This document shows positions 10,238-23,179 of a stretch of DNA of 64,000 nucleotides, piece after piece. A model generated the notes under the pieces. It did not search any database. It was not told where the DNA came from and saw nothing but the letters and a program-made list of their open reading frames with translations. The stretch spans positions 14,322,001 through 14,386,000 of the forward strand of contig JBHGNT010000002.1 of assembly GCA_043228905.1 (NCBI GenBank), in the 5' to 3' direction. The position numbers and the translations under genes were made by a program. This DNA is from Azolla caroliniana (Eukaryota; Plantae; Polypodiophyta). Every line of letters starts with the position of its first letter. The first letter of the stretch is position 1.

Positions 10238-13200
10238 TCACTTCGGCATGGGATGTCTCTCCAATCCGATCCTCTTCCGGCATGCTTCCAGCTTGTCGGG
10301 TGTAAGTACCTTGGTCAGCATATCCGACCCGTTCTCGTCCGTGTGGATCTTCGTCAGCACGAACTCCTTGTCTTCTATCCTTTCCCGGATCCAGTGGTAT
10401 CTACGCTGGATGTGCTTCGTCCGGGAGTGATAGGCCGCATTCTTCGCAAGGTGGATGGCACTTTGACTGTCGCAGTAGAGTCGGTACTCCTCCTGCCGGA
10501 TACCGAGCTCTCTAATGAAGTCCTTCATCCATATTATTTCCTTGCCGGCTTCAACGGCCGCCATGTACTCCGCCTCCGTGGTTGACAACGCAACCGTCTT
10601 CTGCAGCCTCGACTGCCACGAAACAGCTCCCCCTGCATACGTCATCACATACCCTGATGTGGACCGGCTGGTATCTGCGTCGGCCGACATATCCGAATCG
10701 GTAAAGCCGTCGAGTTCGGGCTTACCGGAGCCGAATCGGAGGCATACGTTTGCCGTGCCCTTCAGGTATCGGAGTATCCACTTGGCCGCGTTCCAATGCT
10801 CTTTGCCGGGATTGCTCATGTACCGGCTCACCACTCCGACTGCATATCCTATGTCCGGTCTTGTACACACCATTGCGTACATCAAGCTTCCGACGGCAGA
10901 GGCATATGGTACTTTCATCATGTCCTCCTTCTCAGCCTTTGTCTTGGGGCTTTGCTTGCTGGACAACTTGCAGTTTGCCGGGAGTGTTGACCCAACCGGT
11001 CTTGCTTCCGACATGTTGAACCGGTGAAGCACCTTTGTCACGTACTTCTCCTGTGACAACCACAACTGCTTCTTCTTCCGGTCCCGGATGATGTGCATCC
11101 CTAGTATTTGCCTCGCCGGACCCAGGTCCTTCATTGAGAAGGTTCGGTGAAGAGCCTTCTTCAGCATCCGTATTTTGGCCTGGTCCCGTCCGACGATCAA
11201 CATGTCGTCCACGTACAGGAGGAGTATTAGAAAGTCTCCTCCTTCGAACTTCTTCACAAACACGCAGTGATCGGACTGCGTTTTGTGGTACCCTTCGTCT
11301 GTCATGAAGGAGTCGAACTTCCGGTACCATTGCCGGGGAGCCTGCTTCAGACCGTAGAGGCTCTTCTTCAACCGGCATACCAGGTGCTCCTTCCCTTTCT
11401 TCTCGAATCCTTCCGGTTGCTGCATGTAGATCTCTTCTTCGAGGTCACCGTGAAGGAATGCCGTCTTCACGTCCATCTGTTCTACCTCGAGGTCCATGCT
11501 TGCCGCTATGCTCAGCACCGTCCGGATGGAGGTCATCTTCACTACCGGGGCAAATATCTCGTCGAAGTCGACGCCCTTCTTCTGCTAAAACCCCTTCACC
11601 ACGATCCTGGCTTTGTATCTCGGGGGGTTTCCGGCATCTCCCGGTTTCAGCTTGAACACCCACTTGTTTCGAAGTGCCCGCTTTCCTTTCGGTAACTCCA
11701 CAAGTTTATATGTGTGGTTCTCATGCAGGGAATCCATCTCCTCCTGCATGGCACTTAACCACCTGCGGCTATGAGTGTCAAGCTTTGCCTCTTCAAAACT
11801 CTCCGGCTCCCCTTCGTCGGTTAGCAGCACGTGTTCCGGTTCCGGAAATCTCCGGGGGGGCCTTCTCTCTCTTAGAGGATATCTCCGTTCCGGAGCTTCG
11901 ATAAACGGCTCCTCCGTTTCCTCTTCATCCGAATCCATTTCGGGATCGGGGCCGGTTCCGGTATCAGTTTCATCTTCCTCGGCCGGTTCTGTCTCTTCAC
12001 CGTCTTCGGCCGGATCCTCGAGTGCTAACCGGTCCCTTGCCGGTCGGGACTGCTCTTCGTAGAGTTTATCCTCACCGGTCGACTTGGAGCTCTTCATCTT
12101 CTTCTCCGACTCCCAGTCGGCGAGTGTCTCGTCCTCCATGAAGATGATATCTCGACTCCTGAATATCTTCTTGTCAACCGGGTCCCATACTCGGTAGCCA
12201 AACTCATCGTCGCCGTAACCGAGGAATATGCATGGCCGGGTCTTTGGGTCTAGCTTTCCTCTCCGGTCCTTTGCCACATGCACATATGCGAGACACCCGA
12301 ACACCTTCAGATGCCGGTAGGATACTTTCCTACCGGTCCACACTCTCTGCGGCGTGTCTCCGTTCAAAGGTACTGAGGGTGATCTGTTTATCACGTATGT
12401 CGCCGTCGACATTGCCTCAGCCCAAAACCCCTTGGGTAATTTCGCATGCGCCAGCATACTCCGGACCCTCTCCACTATGGTCCGGTTCATCCTCTCGGCC
12501 AGCCCGTTCAGTTCCGGCGTCTTCGGCACAGTAAACTCGAGCCGGATTCCCTTCGAGCGACAGTACTCCGCGAACTGCCCCCGGTATTCCCCTCCGTTAT
12601 CCGCTCGTATCGCTTTCAGCTTCTTGCCGGATTCCCTTTCCATTCTCGCGTGGAGTTCTTTGAAGACGGACAATACTTGGTCCTTTGTCTTCAACGATGC
12701 CGTCCACAGCTTCCGGCTATGGTCATCTATGAATGTTACGAAGTACTGGGCTCCGCCATGTGACTTCGTTTCTACCTGACACACGTCAGTGTGCACCAAC
12801 TCCAATGGTGCGCAACGTCTCGTCGGTGGCCTTGAGTGGAAGGAGGTCCGGTTTTGCTTACCGGCCAGACAGTCGATACACTTCCCCAAGTGTACATGCT
12901 TTACCGGTATCAGGTTGTCTTCGGCAAGCCTCTTCATCCCCTTCTCGCTCATGTGGCACAGTCTCTTGTGCCATAGCTCACCGGCAGTGTCAGCTGCCAC
13001 GTTCAGCTCCTCCGGACATAGCCGGGAATTTATCAGGTACAGTGTGTTGATCTTCCGGGCCCGAGCCACTATCAGGCTCCCTTTGCTGAACTTCATGACA
13101 CCGTTCCGGATGCTACCCGTGTAGCCTTCATCGTCTAGCCTCCCGGCCGAAATCAGGTTCAATCGAACCTCCGGAACGTGTCGAACATCCTTCAGCAGCA

Positions 13201-14311
13201 TCTTGCATCCGGTTGATGTCATCAGCCACACGTCTCCTATGCCGGCAATCCGGCACGTACCTTCATTTCCCATCCGGACACAGCCGTGCTCACCGGCTGT
13301 GTAGGATGAGAAGTATTTCTTCTCCGGGGTCAGGTGGAACGACGCTCCGGAATCGACCACCCAGGTCATCTCTTCACTGGCAAGGTTCAGCTCCCTCTCT
13401 TCGGTAATGAGCATTATCTCTTCTTCACTTGCCGCGAGTGCCGTCGTTCCTTTCCGGTCCTGCCCTCGCCGATCCGGACCTCTCCGGTCCGTGGCTCCCC
13501 GGTATGCACCGTTTCGCTCCGGTGACTTCTTCGAATCGGTGTCGTCGGCTCCGTTGTCCTTTCGGTAATGCCGACAATTCTTCCGGAAGTGCCCCGGCTT
13601 CCCACAGTGGAAGCATGTGGGTCTTCCTCTTGACTGCGACCGGGTCCCCGACTTCTCCCGTCTTTGCGGACTCCGGTTCCATTTTCTTCCCCGTTCCGAT
13701 TCGGTAAGCAGCGCCTTCGAGTCGGAGGCCGGTTCTTTATCTCTCCGACACGCTTCTTCGTTCAAAATACTTGTCTTTACCGTTTGTAGGGACAAGTTAT
13801 CTTCCGTGCAGGAGGTGCTGAGAGTCACCACCAAGTTCTCCCAGCTTTCCGGCAATGTACACATCAGAATGATGGCTTGCATTGCATCCTCCAGCGGGAA
13901 CTTGATCGCCGCAAGCTGGTTCACGAATCCCATGAACGTGCTTACGTGTTCCACCATACTCTCGCCGTCCCGGTACTTGAGGTTCACTATCTTCCTCATC
14001 AGGGAGGTCCGGTTCAACGCATTCTTCCTCTCGTAGAGGCCCGACAGCTTCCGCCACATCTCATATGCGTTGGTGTCGTTCGCCACATGTTGTAGAACGC
14101 TCACGTCGACATATTGCCGAATGGTTGCAACGGCTTTCCGGTTCAGAAGCCTCCATTCCGTCTCAAGTACCCCCTTCGGTATTTCCGACCTGTCAATCGG
14201 TTCGTACAGGTCCCAAACAATCAGAAGATCCTCCATCTTGATCTTCCAGTCGGCGTAATTTTGCGCATTCAGCACCATCATCCCCGGCTGCCCGCTGCTG
14301 CCGCCTTCCAT
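10238..14311 (-). CDS. Copia Gag-Pol polyprotein with a single in-frame TAG at 11585-11587
   Basis: ATG at 14311 (MEGGSSG); CCHC knuckle CFHCGKPGHFRKNC; PR DSGAS; IN HHCC and DDE; RT YVDD; RH. ORFs 11585..14377 and 10238..11542 are in the same frame. Confidence 0.9.
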
Positions 14312-14327
14312 TTTCTGCACTGCCGTC

Positions 14328-14339
14328 GCTCTGATACCA
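14328..14339 (-). promoter_or_regulatory. Primer-binding site (initiator tRNA-Met)
   Basis: TGGTATCAGAGC, 3 nt inside the 5' LTR boundary. Confidence 0.95.
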
Positions 14340-14342
14340 CTC

Positions 14343-14985
14343 TGTTGAAAATCAACTCTCCGATTCGCCTTCACCACTCGGCCACAACCGAGAAATCACG
14401 AATCAATGCAGCAGAAAATAGGAAACATAGAGAAAGACACGATAACACAGGGATTAACGTGGAAAACCCTATACGGGAAAAACCACGGGAGTGCAAGACT
14501 CCAAACCAAAACTATGCACAGAGAAATATACAATGGCGAGCTGCAAGGCGACGACCTTGAGCTCGCTATCCTCGCCACAGGCAGCGGTATTACACAGAGG
14601 CGTCGACCTCTCTCTCTCTCTCACGCTCTATCTCTCTCACAGCTGCTCTCTCTTCACTCCTCTTGAGTGGAAAAACAGAAAAATGAGTAGCAACACAAAA
14701 GACTGTTTGCCCTAAGTCATATTTATACACATATGACTTTCGGGTTATTTACAGATATAGCCTCAAGGGCCCTTGGCAAACATATTCACAAATATGTCCC
14801 CGTATCCGGATCTCTCTCCGGGTACATTCGTCATCCGGCTCCGTAGCCGGGGTCTTCGTCTTCCGGCTACGTAGTCGGGGTCTTCATCATCCGGCTCCGT
14901 AGCCGGGACCGTAACCGTAACCGTAACCGTAATTGCCGTCATTCATCTCCGGACATCCCATCCGGAGGGACCGAAAATCCCAACA
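14343..14985 (-). repeat. 5' LTR of A2
   Basis: 643 bp; contains three 28-bp CCGG-rich units and (CCGTAA)4. Confidence 0.97.
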
Positions 14986-17448
14986 GAAGAGAACCACGTG
15001 GGTGCATCGACGAGTATGCACACCGATAGCAAGATGTTGTACATGAAGGAAGATAGACCCCATGGTCGTGGTGGACGAGGCAGGTTGGCACGCAACAGAG
15101 GCGGCCGACGGGAGCAAAACAGAAGGCATAATTGAAATGCTGATAATAATTCCGGACCCTCCGAAGATTGGGGGAGTCAAGGTGGCGCCGGACACCTGCA
15201 AGGACAGGCCGAGACGGAATGTTGGTACTATGGCAAGAAAGGCCACCAGGAGAGCAAGTGCTGGAAGAAGCCTGCCGATTCGGACAAATCCAGATCCGAC
15301 AAGGTCAGACAAGGGAGTCATCAACGTTCGCACTACGCTGAAGAATCAAAAGGGTCCACAACTAGACCGGAAATGGATCGGACCCAGTCTTTCTGATGAA
15401 GCACAAGGCTAATTTGATGAAGACAAGCACCTCGAAACCAAATGAGGTATGGTATGTTGAGTCCAGAGCGTCAAACCTTATGACAAGCCACGAGGAGTGG
15501 TTCTCGTATTTGGAGAAACCGGAACAACCGGCGGTCATCGAAATCGGTGAAGACACCCCACATACCATCGAACATGTCAGCGAAGTCCCCCTAAACTATG
15601 TCGAACAGAAGGCAAAGTTGATGAACTTCCTACACGTCTCGACAATAATGAAGAACCTAATGTTGGTTGGAGAGATTGTCGACCAAGGGATGCAGGTTCG
15701 GTTCACACATCTCGGGTGCTCCATTGAAGAAGAAGGCAAATTCATTGCACAAGGACGCTGAGAGGGGAGGATGTTTATCCTCGAGACCAATGAAGTCGAA
15801 ACCACGATGTTTACAAAAAGGCAAAAAGTCGAGTCAGACATCGACTATGGCACAAGCGGTTCGGCCATATCAACTTTCCGCGGCTTTGGGAGATTGAGAC
15901 AAAGAATATTGTCTTCGGATTACCGAAATTCAGTGGCCAGAACAGCCAAGACTATGAAGCCTTCTAGTTAGGGAAGCAACACCGACTTCCATCCTCCAAT
16001 GAGCAAAATCAGAGCCAGAACCGGCTTGATTTGATCCATTCTAATGTGGGGGGACTAGCACAAAACGTGAGCATCGGAGGAATCCATTACTTTGTAACCT
16101 TCATCAATGACTACACTCGTCACACTTGGACGTGCTTGATCGCGATGAAGAGCGAAGTCTTCGCCTGCTTCTTGAAGGTGAAGAGCCATGCCGAACGGGA
16201 AACCGGCAAAAAAATCAAGTGCCTAAGGTCCGATGGTGGAAAAGAGTACTTCTCCGACCAATTCTCGAGTTATCTGCATAAGGAAGGATACACACCGGAG
16301 CCGAATGGTGTGGCCAAACAGAAGAATCTGACTATAGAGGAAGCATCACATGCCATCCTTCAGGAGAAGTATATGGCGAAGTTTTACTGGGCCAAAACGG
16401 TCCGGACAGCCATCTACCTGCAAAATCGGACATCTACAAATGGAGGATGTCACCACATGATCTCTACTTCGGGAAGAAACCGAATCTAGGACACTTGAGG
16501 GTGTTTGACAACATCGCCTATGTGCATGTGCCGAAGGAGAAATGGAGGAAGCTGGATGCGAAAGCCGAGAAGTGTATTCTCGTTGAATACTTGGACAAGC
16601 AAAAGGGTTATAAGTGTTCTAAACCCCGAACCAAACAATTTCGAGTCAAACGAGATGTCGTGTTCGACGAGTCAGCGTCATGGTACTTGCCCTCATCTCT
16701 AATCCCTGACAACTCCATTCCAATTTCTGAGGATGAGATCAATGAGGCTAGAATGTCTCTGGATGAAGAAGAAATCCAAGCTCAAGAAGAGAGTCTGATC
16801 TCATTCCGGCTTAGTGGGCTGAATGAGCTACTGGGTCGGAATAACCAATCAGATGATGAGTCAGCTACTAGTGGAAACTCAGTTGTGCACTCCCCACGCA
16901 AGGAACCGAAGAGACGGTTCACGCTGTTGTTAAGAAAACCGGCCATAGGCGGAATCGGAGAGAAAGCGCATAAACCAGCCCTTACACGGATGGACGCGTG
17001 ACTTGATATTTTGTACATGAACCGGTGGATGTAAATACTAAGCCGCACGCATTTATTAGGGGGGGATTGTGCGTATCCCGGTGAGAGGGACAGGGAATAA
17101 AGGGAGGAGGACAAGGGAAAACGGGTATCGCGCGCGAGGAGGAAGAAAGCGGGGGGCTGCAGAACGGAAGAGGGAGCTCTCTCTCTTCAACGCGGATCGT
17201 CGCTCTCTATGGGTGTCGGGAGGTCACTGCCTCTGCTTCGTGGACAGCCCATGTGCTTCCAGCACAGTCGCTCCCTTTTCCCCTTTGTTTCTTTGAGTCG
17301 TGTGACTGTCGTCGGTGTGCGTGAGTAGGGTCCCCATGTCGGGTCCGTCGCCGCTTTGTCGGTTGTAACTGTCGGAGTTTGTAATCTCTTGCCATTATAA
17401 TTAAGTGTTACGTTCTATATCTCTCTTTCTCGCTTCTACGTGTCGGTG

Positions 17449-17483
<35 letters not shown>

Positions 17484-17547
17484 TCGGTTTGAGACCCCCG
17501 TGGTCCCGCCCCTTTCTACACGTACGCACGTAACAACGCGACATCAT

Positions 17548-17565
17548 TGGTGAACCCGACGTGAA
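17548..17565 (+). promoter_or_regulatory. Primer-binding site complementary to tRNA-Trp
   Basis: TGGTGAACCCGACGTGAA is the reverse complement of the plant cytosolic tRNA-Trp 3' end (...UUCACGUCGGGUUCACCA), as recalled. Confidence 0.88.
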
Positions 17566-17588
17566 CAAGGCGGCAAAGGAGTGGAAAG

Positions 17589-19692
17589 ATGAGGAGATCG
17601 GAGCTAGCAGAGGCAATCGCGGTGGCCGTCGACCGGCTGGTGAGCGCTCGTGAGGGAACGGGTACCCTCGACAGAGCCATTGAATCGATCGTCGGCTCTA
17701 TAGGCCGTTTCTGAGGGAAAGACGCCACAAGTTATTTGGAGGGTTACCAGGCCGAAATGATCATGAGGGATATCCCGGTGGACAGATGGCTATCCGGATT
17801 CCCTCGGGTGATGACGCCGGGCATCCATGCGGAGGTGCTCGAGGTGTTGGTCGGATGCCAGATTTGGGAGGAGTTCGAGCTGCAACTCCTCGAGAAGTAC
17901 GGGTTTGACGACTCGCTCCGGCTGTCGAGGCGGGACTTCATGGCGTGGGTGGAAAGCCCCGGAAAAGGGAGGAACACGTCGGTGCTCCTCCAGGAGTTCA
18001 AAAAACGGTTCACGCGGCTGTCGACGTTGGACCGGACAGTGCTCGAAACAAGTCGAGTACTGCTATTTGTCAAGTCGGTGGATGCGCTCGACAGGGAAAA
18101 GGTGGGGCCCTTGTTGGAAACGGACAAAGGGCTCATGACGGACTGGGCCGTGGTAAAACGGGTCTGCAGCCGTTTCGACAAACGGCGCGATTGGAGCGAC
18201 GGAAGCACGTCGGGGTCGGGGCTAGTCCCGGGGAGGAGGCTCGAGGAGCCGGTTTCGGTGCCGGTTGGGAGGAAGGAAGAGACCCGAATTTGGCCGGAGT
18301 CGGGGTCGGCATCGAATGACGTGGTCAGAGGCCCATCCGGAGGAGCGGCTCTGGAGGAGCTAACACAGATGGTGTGCAACTTGCAGATCGCACAGGTCCG
18401 AAGAGACAGCGGTGAACAACCTCGCGACCGGAGGCCGCCGGCTGGGCAGCGGTGCATGTGGTGTGACGCGATCGGTCACATTCGGAAGGACTGCGCGGAT
18501 TTCGCCGACGCGTTCAGGACCAACGTGGTGTACCTCTGGAACAGGCGGGTGCACGCGAGCGAGACCTGGAGAGCCCTGGAACTGAATACGGAGCGCGGCG
18601 GAATGAAGAGGTTGATGGAAGAGGCTGCGGCACGGCACATCGAAGCCGTTAACTACTCAGTGTCGGCGGGAATTCGGGTCAAGGGTGATGAGACCCGGAA
18701 GGCGAAGGACTCCGGATTCTGGCCGCTAGTGTAGAAGGCCTCTCCGGAGTTCGGTTGAGGAAAGAAGAGGCGGACCGTGCGGAACAGCGGGTCCAGGAGG
18801 TCACCGGTTGGGACGATCCGGTCGAAGAGAAAACGGGCTTCGTGGAAGCCACTTGCCAGAACTACGAGGCTTTGGTGGAGGACAAACGGGCAAGAAAGGC
18901 CGGAGGGGTTGGCCCCCCGAGGTATGAGACCCGGTTCGGACCGTGCCGGATGGGAAGAAGCAAGTGGGGTTTCGGTTGAGCACCAAAATCGAGAGAGCAA
19001 CGGGCCTACGGAAGGTCCTTGAAGAGCAAATCCTCGACAGTAAAGTGGAGTTGTCGTTGCGAGAGGTGCTGGGAATCGCCAAGAGGGAGTTCCATGACTC
19101 TATCGTAGACTTGGTGAAGCGGAAGAGGCTCTCGACGGAGCCGGAACCGGAAAGGTTGGTGGAAGTGCGGACCACGCACCTGGAAGACGGAGCCTTGGAA
19201 GATGAGCTAGCGGGAAGCCACTACACGAAGTTGCATTGGGCCAGGGCAACTACGGAAACCCCTGTACGGATCGGCAACGTTCTGGAACCGGTGGTGGCGT
19301 TGGTAGACCATGGATCTGAAATCAACCTGATGTCCATGGATTTCTACAAGAAGGGTAAATGGTCGATCAACACCAAGCATGGCTGGAAGATACGGGCAGC
19401 GACGCGCACCACGGAAGAACTACATGGGGCTTGTCCGAACGTACAGGTGAAAATCGGCGATGTTGAGATCGACCAGCACTTCTTCGTGCAGGAGACGTCC
19501 TCGCACCCGGTTATACTAGGAGAGCCATATATCACGACAGCACGAATGGAGACCAAGGTGCTGGACAACAGTTCAGCCTATGCAAGAGTCAAAAGCCAGG
19601 ACGGGCGTCACTCGGTCCAGTTCCTAACGGTGCGACCAAACCACGAGTGTAACCGCGAGGCCCTCGGTAGCGAAACCTGAGGGGATATTTAG
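17589..19692 (+). pseudogene. Gypsy G gag-protease ORF (stops and frameshifts)
   Basis: ATG at 17589 is in frame with 17736..18734; zinc knuckle; protease in 18943..19680. Confidence 0.82.
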
Positions 19693-22600
19693 AGAGGGCT
19701 ATCAAGTCGCGGGGCCGCGATAGTCCGGACTCCCGGGAACAACCCCACAAATGTACAGTACGGAAGAAGACTTGTACTATGGGTAGGAGGTTTTGGTTCT
19801 CCGACAACGGAGGTTGTACAATGACCGGCGTCAGCGGCCGGGAGAGGAAGCGAGCGGAGGAGCAGCTCAGGGGATGCGGAGTCCTCTTCCCCGACGAGGA
19901 CATCAGCGACGCCGTGGAGGCGGTCTCCTTTGACGACACCTTGGGCGAACTACGAAAGGTGATCGGTGAAGACCTTAGGGAAGACTGGACCATTCCGGTA
20001 GGGTCGATGGGAATGTACGAAGTCATGGCAGACTTCGGGGAAAGGATCGGGTCGGATCGGACAGCCCGTGTGGATACGAAATACAAGACCGTGGACTGGA
20101 AGGTGAGGCCAGTCGCGGCACCCTTGCCGGAGGGCAGCGAGGAGCGGATAAAAGGGGTCGCGTCGGACCCAAGTTTACGAAATCCGGCTGGCATAGGGCA
20201 CCGGTTCACCGACATAACACTACAGGAGCTCAAGGTCGGTGGGGGCGGCTTCCTACTGCTGGCGGAGGAGGACCGGTTTCGGAGAATGCTCGGGAGGCAC
20301 GGGAAGGCTTTCGCATTCTCACCGGAGGAGATCAGGTGCGTAGACCCGATAGTTGTCGAACCGATGGTGATCTTCACGGTACCGCATGTACCGTGGAATC
20401 TCAAGCCGATTCTGGTGCCAAGAGCTCACATCCCGAAGTTGATGGAGCTCCTAAAGCAAAAGGTGGAGATGGGCATCCTCGAACCGTCGAGTGCCCCGTA
20501 TTCGAATTGGTGGTTTACGGTGCCGAAGAAGAACGGCACGTTGTGCTTCATCCAGGACCTACAACCAGTCAACAAGGTGACCATCCGTAATGCAGGGATC
20601 GGAATGACCATAGACGAGTTCGCGGAGGCCTTCGCTGGAAGGTCGATCTATTCTGTCGGTGATCTGTACTTGGGGTACGATCAGTTCCAACTAGCCATGG
20701 AGAGCAGAGACATTACGACGATGCGGACTCCTCTCGGCCTAGTGCGGATGTGTACCGTGCCACAAGGAGGGACGAACTCAGTGGCTCAGATGGTGAACGC
20801 GATGAACAAAGTGCTCATGGATTGTATCCCGAACATCACCATGCAGTTCTTAGACAACATCCCAATCAAGGGATGCCCGGTGGAGAAAAGGGACGAGGCA
20901 ATCGGGCCGGACGGATGTCGGAATTTCGTGGCGTCCCACATCGATGACTGCGAGAAGGTGTTGCAGAAACTAGAGCGCACGAGGCTCACCTTCTCCGGGG
21001 AAAAGTCGGCCTTCGGACAGTCGGAGATCTTGGTGGTCGGACACCTGTGCGGGCCTTACGGTAGGAAACCGTCTCCGGCAAAGGTAGAGGCCATCTCCGC
21101 GATGAGGAACGTTTGCGGGTCGGTCACGGAGGTCCGCAGATTCTTGGGGGCATGCGCGTTCTACCACATCTGGATCCCGCACTACACACATGTCGCGGAA
21201 CCCCTCTACGGACTATTGAAAAAGGGGCATAGCTTTGAGTGGAGGACGGAGCACACGGAGTCGGTTCGGAGACTAAAGGAGGTGTTTACGGCAGCGCCGG
21301 CTCTCCGTAAAGCGGTTTACGGCAAGGATGTTCCCATCTGCGTAACGGTGGACACCAGCACGACCGGGATCGGATGGGTAATCAGTCAGGAGGACAAGGG
21401 CGGCATACGATTCCCAATCCGGTTCGGGGCGAAGGTATTGAGCGAGCGGCAGTGAGGGTATGCCCAAGTTAAGCGCGAACTTTGGGGTGTCATTTCGGCA
21501 GTCAAGGCCGACAAGGATTATCTGATCGGGACGGAGGTGATTATCGAGACGGACTGCCTGCCGATACTCGGCATGGTTTCCGGATGCGCGACGCCGAACC
21601 TAGCAATGCTCCGGTGGATAGCGTAAATTAAGTCCTTGAACCCGGAGATACGGCACATCTCCGGAAAGGATAATGCCATGGCCGACATGCTTTTGAGGGC
21701 CAGGTTCAACGACGAAGACGGCATGGTTTCGGAAGACGAAGAAGTCGGCGAGGACTTCTTTGGGTCGGCTAACGTAACGACAAGAAGGAAAGGGAACACT
21801 CCGGCGCTTAACGAATTTGACGAAAGCAAGTACGACGGGGAGTGGCTCCAAATCGGGAGGTTCCTACGAACGATGACGCCGGACGCAGCATGGGCGAGAG
21901 AGGAGGCGAGCCGGATATGAAGGAAGGCGTACCGATTCTTCCTGCGGGACGGGTGCATATGGAAACACCCAAAGAAGAGGAGCGGCATCCCACTCCGAGT
22001 AGTGGCAAAGAAAGAAGAACAGGGGAAACTATTTGCGGCATTCCACGAGAGCCCATGGGCCGAACACCGCGGAACGTGGGCCACGTTCGAGAAGCTAAAG
22101 GAGAAGTACTGGTGGCCGGGGCTATACCAGGACATGCATCGGTTCGTAACGACTTGCGAAAGTTGTCAGGTGCACTCCGTAGTCCGACACCGGGACGAGC
22201 TACACCCGACCTACCCGCCTACGGTCCATTTCAAGTGAATGGTGGACTTGGTGACGATGCCGATGGGGGTAGGACAGATGCGATACCTGGTGCTTGCACG
22301 AGAAGACTTAACGAACCAGGTGTAAGGCCGTGCACTACAAAGCAAGACAACCGCGGCGGTATGCCGGTTCCTGATCGAAGAAGTAGTGTGTCAGTACGGG
22401 TGCGTCGGGAGGATCGTGGCGGACCGGGGAGAGCTGGATGCGCGGGAGGCCGAGGAGCTGTTCGACCGGCTAGGCGTCAAACTCTCCCTCACCACGGCGT
22501 ACAATCCGGAGGCGAACGGAAAGGTGGAACGTGGGCACGGACCGATTGTAAAGGCGTTGGTGCGTGCATGCGGTGGGCAGGTCGGGAATTGGCCGCGACT

Positions 22601-23179
22601 CCTTCCTTACGCGCTATGGGCGGACCGGACTACGCATAGTTCGGTGACAGGGTTTATGTCGGCGGAGCTAATGTACGAACAAAAGCCGATCATGCCGGTG
22701 GAACGAACGGTTTCTTCGTGGGCGGCGGTAGATTGGAAGGACGAAATGAGCCGGGAGGAGTTGCTGGCGACGCGGATTCGGCAACTCGAGCGGAGGCCGG
22801 AGGACGTGATACAGGCGAAGGAAAGCTGCGAGCGGCGAGGGAGCGGAACAAGACCCGGTTCAACCGGACGCATCGGTTGTGACCAAAGAAGATCGAGGAA
22901 GGCGACTGGGTCTTGGTATACGACAGCAGCCTCGACAATCAGCACAAGGCGGTGCGAAAGTTTGCTAGGAGATGGTTCGGGCCCTACATGGTGACGAGCG
23001 CGAACGGCAACGGCACGTACCACCTCGCAGAACTCGACGGGACACGGTTAGCGGTGCCGGTGGCCGGGAAGCGGATCAAAACTTTCAAAAAGCGGTTCGA
23101 AGACGAGCCGGAGCCTGCAAGCGGGAGCGACAACGACGATCAGTTCGGGTCCGGCGGAGAATCGGAGAGCAACGAGTGA
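19683..23179 (+). pseudogene. Gypsy G RT-RNase H-integrase (stops and frameshifts)
   Basis: ORFs 19779..21455, 21636..21920, 22002..22238, 22386..22994 and 22913..23179 carry RT, RH, HHCC, DDE and WFGPY motifs. Confidence 0.88.

Larger units (their letters stand above)
9585..14985 (-). mobile_element. Young full-length Ty1/Copia, family A copy 2 (5.4 kb)
   Basis: Two 643-bp LTRs with TG...CA ends, 5-bp TSD GAAGA (9580-9584 and 14986-14990), PBS TGGTATCAGAGC, PPT, and gag-PR-IN-RT-RH domain order. Confidence 0.98.

Noticed and set aside
10175-14258. Numerous antisense and alternative-frame ORFs over the retroelements
   Set aside because: Shadow ORFs of GC-rich coding sequence with no recognisable domains
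14312-14377. Upstream GTG start for A2 gag given by the ORF track
   Set aside because: It spans the LTR end and PBS; ATG 14311 is the plausible start
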